DNA of 22,277 nucleotides, from contig CAZDEY010000007.1 of assembly GCA_964504565.1 (NCBI GenBank), forward strand, positions 16,874-39,150, given 5' to 3'. The notes beneath the pieces were generated by a model. The model was not told where the DNA came from and searched no databases. It was given only the letters and a program-made list of their open reading frames with translations. The position numbers and the translations under genes were made by a program. Origin of the DNA: an uncultured Roseivirgaceae bacterium. Its GTDB lineage: Bacteria; Bacteroidota; Bacteroidia; Cytophagales; Cyclobacteriaceae. Shown here piece by piece: positions 7,791-15,200 of this stretch. How positions within the stretch are numbered: the first letter of the stretch is position 1; each line of letters starts with the position of its first letter.

Positions 7791-7868
7791 ATAAACGGTC
7801 CGCCGTTGCGGTCATAATTTTTAATTTTTTAACCAGGCACAAGCCACCAGCCACTAAGCACCAATACT

Positions 7869-8540
7869 ATGAAAGCCCTATTTGAATTTGCCATTGCCGG
7901 CGCCAACGTAATACCCACCCTGTTGCTAATATTCATCGTGATGTATTGGCTAACAGTATTGGTTGGCGCTATCGACATGGATGCCTTCGATATTGACTTG
8001 GATGTAGATGCGGATGTGGATGCGGATGCCGGTCCGGCCGATATTGATCTGGATTTGGGTGATGGGCACTCGGAAGGTGGGTTAGAGTGGCTGAATAGCC
8101 TGCTGAGGTTTTTCAATTTGGGAAGAATACCCCTGATGATATTTTTAACCTTCTTGATACTGCCGCTTTGGTTGTTCTGTATTATAGTCAATGATTTCTT
8201 CGGTTTTCATAGCCTGTTGCCCGGCTTGTTAACACTTATTGTAGGCTTTGTGGCGTGCATGTTTGTAGCCAAAGTGCTTACCATGCCTTTTGTAAAGCTT
8301 TTCGATAAGCTGGACGAAGACAAAAACTATAGTGCTATTGGTAAAATATGTGTGTTGAGAAGCTCAATAGCTGCCGGAAGGCTAGGGCAAGCCGAAGTAA
8401 TACGGAACGGTGGAGGCGCGCCAATTATCCTGACCGTTTGTGCACCCACCGGAGTTGACATCAGCCGCGGCGAAAAGGCCTTGGTGCTAGAACACCAACC
8501 CGAGCGTAGCTGCTACCTGATAGAACCGTTCAGTTTGTAA
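7869..8540 (+). CDS. NfeD-like / YqiJ-like (DUF1449-type) inner-membrane protein with an acidic DxD repeat segment and a C-terminal OB-fold
   Basis: N-terminal TM helix, acidic repeat DIDLDVDADVDADAGPADIDLDLGDG, additional TM helices, and a C-terminal beta-rich segment (GKICVLRSSIAAGRLGQAEVIRNGGGAPIILTVCAPTGVDISRGEKALVLE) typical of NfeD OB-folds. It precedes a flotillin gene, as in yqiJK. Confidence 0.7.
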   Translation: MKALFEFAIAGANVIPTLLLIFIVMYWLTVLVGAIDMDAFDIDLDVDADVDADAGPADIDLDLGDGHSEGGLEWLNSLLRFFNLGRIPLMIFLTFLILPLWLFCIIVNDFFGFHSLLPGLLTLIVGFVACMFVAKVLTMPFVKLFDKLDEDKNYSAIGKICVLRSSIAAGRLGQAEVIRNGGGAPIILTVCAPTGVDISRGEKALVLEHQPERSCYLIEPFSL

Positions 8541-8569
8541 TAACTGTCGCTTATATCAGAACCTGACCA

Positions 8570-8745
8570 ACACACCGCGCGGCGGCCGACCCTACCCCTC
8601 TCAAGAGGGGACAGAACTGAACCTGCAATATTTAAGTCGTAAACCTATGACCTAATTATAAAATACGGAAGGCTAAGCTTTGCTAATGGTTTATTGGTGA
8701 GCTTTCCCCTCTTGAGAGGGGTCGGCGTAGCCGGGGGTGTGTGGC
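8570..8745. repeat. GC-rich REP/MITE-like element, copy 1. It is an inverted pair: ACACACCGCGCGGCGGCCGACCCTACCCCTCTCAAGAGGGG ... CCCCTCTTGAGAGGGGTCGGCGTAGCCGGGGGTGTGTGG
   Basis: The two arms are reverse complements of each other (shared cacacac / gccgaccc / cccctctcaagagggg blocks). Each arm ends in the self-complementary hairpin CCCCTCT-ca-AGAGGGG. A second copy of the family lies at 12053..12168. Confidence 0.8.
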
Positions 8746-8929
8746 CCGTTAGCCAAATTGAACAGTCAGTAATAATATAAATAATAAATAAAAATCGAAC
8801 CAAACTCTGTTCCCTCTCCTCCGAGGAGAGGGCTAGGGTGAGGTAGAACCCTTTCTTCGCCCTTAACCAACAGCCTTTAGGCTGTGCGCAGGAAAGGAAA
8901 AATGTATCACCTTAAATCATTTATCTATT

Positions 8930-11077
8930 ATGGAAAGTATAGCAGGAAATAGCTTATTGGTAGGAGGATTAATCCTCCTGGTAGTGGCTTTTGCCTTCCT
9001 GATTTTCTTGGCTAAGCTATATAGAAAATCAGAGCAGGGCCAGGCACTGGTAGTTACCGGTGTAGGCGGACCCAAAGTATCGTTTAGCGGCACCACCGTA
9101 ATTCCGGTCTTTCAACGATTGGAGATTATGGACATCACGGTTAAAACCATCATGATTAACCGGATGGGCAAAGAAGGCCTTATTTGCCGCGATAATATGC
9201 GGGCCGACATTAAAGTAACCTTCTTCGTTAGGGTAAACCAAACCAAGGAAGATGTAATGAATGTAGCCCAAAGCATTGGTTGCGATCGCGCTTCCGATCC
9301 GGCTCAGTTAGAACTTCTTTTTGATGCCAAATTCTCCGAAGCCCTAAAAACCGTAGGTAAGCGCTTCGACTTTGTAGACCTCTACACCAACCGCGTGGAG
9401 TTTAAAGACGAAATTTTGCAAATAATCGGTACCGACCTGAACGGTTATATACTGGATGACTGCGCTATTGACTATCTGGAGCAAACCCCGCTGGAGTTCC
9501 TGAATGAAAGTAATATTCTTGACTCAGAAGGTATCAAGAAGATTATTGACCTGACCGCTAAGCAGAAAATGGAGGCCAACTTCATTGAACGCGAAAAGGA
9601 AAAAACGCTGAAGAAGCAGGATGTTGAAGCGAGAGAAACAGTATTGCAGTTAGAGCGTCAGCAGATTGAAAGCGAAGAAAAGCAGCGCCGCGAAGTGGCC
9701 AGCGTACGAGCCCGCGAACGAGCCGAAGCTGAAAAGATTGAGGCTGAGGAGCGTTTGAAATCGGAGAATGCCCGTATAGCTACCGATGAGCAATTGCAAA
9801 TAGCTGAGCAGAATAAAGAGCGTCAGGTGTTGGTTGCCCAGCGCAATAAAGAGAAAACCGACGCGGTAGAAATGGAGCGCGTAACCCAGGCTCGCGACCT
9901 TGAGGCTAATGAGCGGGAGCGCATAGTTTCGCTGGCGCAGATTGAAAAAGAGAAAGCCCTGGAGGTTGAGCGTCGAAATATTCAGGAGGTGATTCGTGAG
10001 CGGGTAATGGTAGAAAAAGATACCGTTGCCGAGGAGGAGCGCATTAAAGATACCCGCGCCCATGCCGAGGCAGAACGGTTGAAGAAAGTTGCCTTAATAA
10101 ACGCGGAGAAAGAAGCGCAGGAGTCGTTAGTGAAGGAAATTAAAGCGGCCGAAGCTGCCCGCGAAGCGGCCGAATTCCGGGCTCGTCAGGCGATGATTGA
10201 TGCCGAAGCTGAGCGCAAAACCGCTGATATGAAAGCCGAAAGCATTAAGATTATGGCCGATGCTGAAGCGAAGAAGGCCGCCGCTTTAGGTTTAAGCGAA
10301 GCTCAGGTAATGGAAGCGAAAGCTGCCGCCCTAAGCAAACAAGGTGAAGCCGAAGCTAATGTAATTGAGGAGCGGGCTGATGCCGATGCTAAAGCTATCC
10401 GCATGAAGGGCGTGGCCCAGGCTGAGGCCAATACTAAACTTGGTCAGGCTGATGCCGAAATTATTCGAGCCAAAGCCGAGGCTAAGGAAATTGAAGGCCA
10501 GATGGAAGCCCGTATTATGGAGCAGAAGTTTGCCGCCGAAGCCAAAGGTATAGAAGAAAAAGCCAAAGCCATGAGTGCGCTGGATGGCCCAGGTAAGGAA
10601 CACGAAGAGTTTAAGCTACGTCTGGAGAAAGACAAAGCCGTAGAACTAGCCTCACTGGATATGCAACAGAGATTGGCTGAAGCCCAAGCGACCGTACTAG
10701 CCGAAGCCCTGAAAAACGCCGATATCGACATTATTGGCGGAGAAAGCATGTTCTTTCAGAACATTATGGGAGCCATGGCCAAAGGCAAAGCTATTGATGG
10801 CCTATTCAACCAGAGCGGTGCCCTGCAAGATGTAAAGAACACCTTCTTTGCACCTAATGCTAACGGCAATACCAACTTCAAAGAGCAAATGCGCCAGTTC
10901 CTCGATAAGTTCGGCTTGCAAAGCGAAGATGTACGCAACCTGAGCATTTCGGCCCTACTGCTTCGCATGATGCAAAGTGCCGAAACCGATCAGCAAAAAA
11001 CTGCCTTGCAAGAGCTTAACAAGCTGGCCGGCAGCATTGGCCTCGGCGACAAGCAGGTTAGTATGCTGAATTTGTAA
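8930..11077 (+). CDS. Flotillin-family SPFH/band-7 protein (YqiK/FloT-like, 715 aa) with a long E/A/K/R-rich coiled-coil flotillin domain
   Basis: N-terminal TM helix followed by an SPFH core (QALVVTGVGGPKVSFSGTTVIPVFQRLEIMDITVKTI...), then ~350 aa of EA-repeat coiled coil (AEAERLKK, AEAAREAAEFRARQAMIDAEAERK). Confidence 0.85.
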   Translation: MESIAGNSLLVGGLILLVVAFAFLIFLAKLYRKSEQGQALVVTGVGGPKVSFSGTTVIPVFQRLEIMDITVKTIMINRMGKEGLICRDNMRADIKVTFFVRVNQTKEDVMNVAQSIGCDRASDPAQLELLFDAKFSEALKTVGKRFDFVDLYTNRVEFKDEILQIIGTDLNGYILDDCAIDYLEQTPLEFLNESNILDSEGIKKIIDLTAKQKMEANFIEREKEKTLKKQDVEARETVLQLERQQIESEEKQRREVASVRARERAEAEKIEAEERLKSENARIATDEQLQIAEQNKERQVLVAQRNKEKTDAVEMERVTQARDLEANERERIVSLAQIEKEKALEVERRNIQEVIRERVMVEKDTVAEEERIKDTRAHAEAERLKKVALINAEKEAQESLVKEIKAAEAAREAAEFRARQAMIDAEAERKTADMKAESIKIMADAEAKKAAALGLSEAQVMEAKAAALSKQGEAEANVIEERADADAKAIRMKGVAQAEANTKLGQADAEIIRAKAEAKEIEGQMEARIMEQKFAAEAKGIEEKAKAMSALDGPGKEHEEFKLRLEKDKAVELASLDMQQRLAEAQATVLAEALKNADIDIIGGESMFFQNIMGAMAKGKAIDGLFNQSGALQDVKNTFFAPNANGNTNFKEQMRQFLDKFGLQSEDVRNLSISALLLRMMQSAETDQQKTALQELNKLAGSIGLGDKQVSMLNL

Positions 11078-11093
11078 AATTACCCCCGCCAGC

Positions 11094-11121
11094 TTAGCTA
11101 CGGGTTTAAACCCGTAGCTAA
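11094..11121. other. Perfect 14/14-bp palindrome TTAGCTACGGGTTT|AAACCCGTAGCTAA, located 17 bp after the flotillin stop codon
   Basis: Read from the sequence. There is no following U-run, so it could be a terminator variant or an operator. Confidence 0.6.
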
Positions 11122-11147
11122 CCAGTTGAGGCTAAACCCTTAGAAAG

Positions 11148-11651
11148 ATGAAAACTACTTACACCGAAAGCAGCCGCATAAAAGCTAAACCCGCTTACTG
11201 GATAGTTGGAATTGCCTTAGTCTTAGGTTTAGGCTTGCCGTTGGTAACCTCAGGTAGTGAGTGGAATGAGAAAGAAATAACGGGTTTAGCTATTTGCGCT
11301 GCGGTGATAGTTCCTATTTGTCTCTGGATTATGTACTGTCGTCTGGTAGTAAAATTGAGCCAGGCTGGTATACACTATCAGTTCAAGGGTATGCAATTGA
11401 AACCGCGATTTGTTCGCTGGCAGCAATTAGAATGCTGGAAAATAAGACCGGTAAGTGCCTTCGGTGAATTTGGCGGTTGGGGCTTGCGAACCAATTTCCA
11501 TAGTTGGGGCTACATGACCGGTACTCCTTATGCCTTAGAGCTAAATTACAAAGATGGGAAGGTAAGGGTTATCAGTATTAAACATCCTGCCAAGGTAAGG
11601 CAATGGCTTGAAACCAACAACCTAAGCCCCATGAATGCAGCCGAAAGCTAA
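11148..11651 (+). CDS. Membrane protein (2 TM helices plus a C-terminal ~90-aa beta-rich cytoplasmic domain, possibly a bacterial PH-like domain)
   Basis: Two hydrophobic helices (IVGIALVLGLGLPLV, LAICAAVIVPICLWIMY) are followed by a W/G-rich soluble domain. The PH-like assignment is a guess from the architecture. Confidence 0.5.
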   Translation: MKTTYTESSRIKAKPAYWIVGIALVLGLGLPLVTSGSEWNEKEITGLAICAAVIVPICLWIMYCRLVVKLSQAGIHYQFKGMQLKPRFVRWQQLECWKIRPVSAFGEFGGWGLRTNFHSWGYMTGTPYALELNYKDGKVRVISIKHPAKVRQWLETNNLSPMNAAES

Positions 11652-11681
11652 ATAAAAGAACCTCTAAATTTTTTAACCAAT

Positions 11682-11999
11682 ATGACACTTTTAATGACCA
11701 TACTTTTGCTGGCCTCCGCCGGGTTAACCGGCTGGGTAGGCTGGCAGCTTAGAGCTAATAATCGCCTGGAGTGGTTACTGGGCTATAGCCCAACCGCCGT
11801 TCGCGATAGAAGCGGACTGGCTCGCTGGGCCGGGGGCGTACTATTTGTACTAGCTTTAGTTGAAATTGCCAGCGCCGCCGGTTTATGGGTATGGCCCGTA
11901 ACTTTGGCCGGACTAATCTGCGCCGCTCTACACTGTCTAGGTATTATCATCCTGGCCTTAGGCTCTACACAATACTCAAAAACGGAGGAAACCTTTTGA
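11682..11999 (+). CDS. Small membrane protein (105 aa, 3 predicted TM helices; DUF3784-like, family assignment tentative)
   Basis: Three hydrophobic segments separated by short loops. The start codon is 30 bp after the preceding gene. Confidence 0.45.
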   Translation: MTLLMTILLLASAGLTGWVGWQLRANNRLEWLLGYSPTAVRDRSGLARWAGGVLFVLALVEIASAAGLWVWPVTLAGLICAALHCLGIIILALGSTQYSKTEETF

Positions 12000-12052
12000 T
12001 GGAGAGAATGGAGTTGAAGATGGAAAGGCTATGCAAAATAGGAAACGGGCCT

Positions 12053-12168
12053 ACACACCGCGCGACGGTCGCCCCAGCATCGCTACGCTCGCTACCCCTC
12101 TCAAGAGGGGAATTTCTGCCACTGTCCCTTTTGAGGGGGGCAACTAACGAAGTGAGCGGGGTGTGTCA
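12053..12168. repeat. GC-rich REP/MITE-like element, copy 2. Arms: ACACACCGCGCGACGGTCGCCCC...CTACCCCTCTCAAGAGGGG and, inverted, CCCTTTTGAGGGGGG...GCGGGGTGTGTCAG
   Basis: Shares the ACACACCGCGCG head and the CCCCTCTCAAGAGGGG hairpin with 8570..8745. It is more degenerate and has a shorter inter-arm spacer. Confidence 0.7.
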
Positions 12169-12254
12169 GAAGCCCTACAAGTAACCACGAATTCCAATTT
12201 GATGTAACGATTCTTCCCTCCTTTAGGAGGGACCGAGGGAGGTGAAAAATAAAA

Positions 12255-15200
12255 ATGAGCAAAAATACTATACCTACACCCGAACAACCGCAGGATAATA
12301 ATCAGCTGGAAGGAGCATCGTACCAGATTCTGCAGAAGCGTTTGCTGGATGCTGCTGGTAGTTTGCGCGAGAAGCTGGCCGGGCTCAATGGTAGCCGTAA
12401 AGATATTTTCGGGGCGATAGAAACCAAATTGCTGGCCACCGAGCGCGTAAGTACTGAACACAACTGTGTAGCTCAGGATATGAGTCCGGTGGGCAAGAGG
12501 CCCGTGGGCGAAAGCTTTATCTTCGGCTACAACGTACAGATGGGCCTAAAGCAGGAAATGGATCTGGCCGATGTGTTTAGTATTTACCGCTACGAGGAAA
12601 AGAGCTTCCACCCGGAAACGCTGGATATACTAAAGCAGGGAAGTTTTGCCGAGGACTTCAAAAATCTGTATAAATACTATAAAGAAACCCGTTTTGTAAA
12701 GTTTGTCAAGCAAGGCGTTCACCTGCATATGGTGTTTCGCGTTGGCAAAAGCGAGGGCGATATAAAAACCTTTAAGTGGTTGCTGGAAGGCGATAGCCTA
12801 AAGTATATCGACAACCGGAGTGAACACGAAATTAAAACCCCGGCCCAACAAGAATTTCGCTGGAAAAAAACGACCCGCGATCAGCAGCGCGCCGGCCGCT
12901 TCCCGCACATCAGTATTGAAGATCGGGTGTTTGTGGAAACCCTGGGCGGCGACCTTACCATTAAAGTAGAAGACAATACCGAAAAAGGGCAGGGAATATA
13001 TACCGAACCGGTTGAGTTTCCAGACCAGACGCTGGATGATGCCGAGGTGTTCTACGCCTTACTGGATAACCTCACGGTACTTAAAGTAAGGCCGTATAAC
13101 GAGAAGGAGTGGCGCTATTTTGTCTATAATGCCAAGCTTCAGCAGGTAAAACGTATCGATAGCCTTGGCCAAGCAGCACTCTTATTGCCCGACGATCAGG
13201 GCTTGCTATTCCCGGATGGCTACTATCTGCAAACCGGTGAGTATAAGCGCTTCGATATGCCGGAAGGGAAAGCCATGCGCTTCGAAAAGCGAATTATCAG
13301 CCCCAATGGCGAAGACGTGCTGTTTGTATTCTTTAATGCAGCCGAAGGCTTGTATTTACTTCTGCCCTATAACCTGATTGAGCAGGAAATCGATACGCCA
13401 ATTTATTGCCACGGCTACTCTATTTTCGAGAACGGCGAAATGCTCTTCTTCCGCGGCGATGATGAGCCCACCCGCCACCATACCATCCAGATTTGGCAGA
13501 CTCCCTACGTTGGGCCAAACTACCAGATGGGGCAGGCTAACGACAGTTACTTATTCAAAATTGGTAATAAAGAAGTGGTGCGCGCTATGGCCGAGGCTAA
13601 TCAGCTTATTGGCCTGCTGGAAAAAGAAGATAATTATGCCGGCCTGTACCACGACCTGATAAAATCAGCCACCGCCCTATTAGACCACTACCACTGGCTA
13701 GGCCATGCCGAAGCTTATGAGCTGGAAACTCCGCTAAGGTTGGTTAGGCAAACGGCCAATTCGGCGCTGGATGAATTTGAAAAAGTACGCAGCATAAAGA
13801 AAAGCACCGAGGAGCAAACGGGCAAAACCTTAAGCGAGGCCGACGGACTATTGCGCAACATTAAGCGCGAACGACCGCGCCACATCCTGGATTTTGTAGC
13901 CCAGCTTAACGCGTTGCGTAGGCTTAGAGGTGAAGTTATATCGCTGAAAGACTTGCGCTACGTACAGCTTGCGCCGGTAGAAGGTGCCGAGCAGTTGCTA
14001 AAAGATGCTGCCGATAGCGTAGCCCGGGCCTGCGTACGTTTTCTACTTCAGGATGATGCCCTGCAGCCCTACCAACAAAAACTAGATGAACTTGGACAGC
14101 AGGTAGAAAAGGCACCAAAAGTAGCCGAACTAAATGCCTTGCTGGAAGAGGCCGATACCCTGGCCGGCGAACTGGAAATGCTGTTGGAGGTAGTGGGTAA
14201 TCTAAAAATTGAAGATGCTACCCAGACCACGCAGATAATTGATAACGTTTCGGCTTTGTACGCCGGACTGAACGCCACGCGTACCCGCCTGCGCAACCGC
14301 AAAAAAGAACTGCAGCGCGCGGAAGGGGCCGCTGAATTCTCGGCGCAGCTAAAATTGGTTGACCAGAGCGTAATAAACTACCTGGATGTGTGCGATACGC
14401 CGGCCAAGGTAGAAGAATACCTGACCCGCGTAATGGTGCAGCTGGAAGAGTTAGAAGGTAAGTTTTCGGAGTTTGATGAGTTTCTGGATAAGCTGGCAAC
14501 CAAGCGCGAGGAGGTATATGCTGCTTTCGAGAACAAAAAGGTTGCCCTGACCGAAGCCCGAAACAAACGTGCGGTAACGCTGCATGGCGCCGGTGAGCGT
14601 ATTATTAGCGCAGTAAAAAGCCGTTTAGGTAGGTTTAAAGAGGTTAACGAAATTAATGGCTACCTAGCGGGTGACCTGATGGTGGAAAAGCTGCGTGGCA
14701 TTATTGCCGATCTGCAGGAGTTAGGCGATACCGTAAAATCCGACGACCTAAAGAGCCAGTTACAGGCTCTGCGCGATGAGAGCTTGCGCCAGCTTAAGGA
14801 TAGAAAGGAACTTTATGCCGATGGCGAAAACACTATTAAGTTCGGAAAGTGGATATTTAGTGTAAATAAGCAGCCACTGGAGCTGACCACACTTCTGCGC
14901 CCTGATGGTTGGTACTACCACCTGACCGGTACGGCCTATTTTGAAAAGATAAAAGCCGATAGCCTGAAGGGTACCGAAGCTGTGTGGCAGCAAAATCTGG
15001 TATCGGAAAACGAGCAGGTATACCGGGCGGAATACTTAGCGTATCAATTCCTGAAATCGGTGCGGGAAGGTAAGCTGGAAACCAGCCTGACCGAATTGCA
15101 GCAATTTACTATCGATGAACTGTTAACTGCTGTGCAAAAGTTCTCGGCCGGCCGCTTCGATGAGGGTTACGTAAAGGGCGTGCACGATAAAGATGCCGCG

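Noticed and set aside
6532-8191. Antisense ORFs 6532-6807 (minus) and 7829-8191 (minus) opposite the yjfI-like and nfeD-like genes
   Set aside because: Both overlap better-supported plus-strand genes, and both have low-complexity S/T/P-rich translations.
9029-10968. Five minus-strand ORFs (9029-9271, 9650-10063, 10331-10603, 10444-10749, 10756-10968) inside the flotillin gene
   Set aside because: They are mirror frames of the E/A/K/R-rich coiled-coil repeats, which yield L/S/F-rich stop-free antisense frames. The flotillin reading frame is continuous and well supported.
11885-12184. 99-aa ORF overlapping the end of the small membrane-protein gene and the intergenic repeat
   Set aside because: It lies in a different frame from a well-supported gene. 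It runs through the REP/MITE-like palindromic element, whose GC-rich hairpins generate stop-free stretches. It has no plausible start context.
8541-12254. Possibility that the repeated CCCCTCTCAAGAGGGG-containing units form a CRISPR array
   Set aside because: There are only two loci, ~3.4 kb apart. The units are long imperfect inverted pairs, not short direct repeats with regular unique spacers. No cas genes are present.
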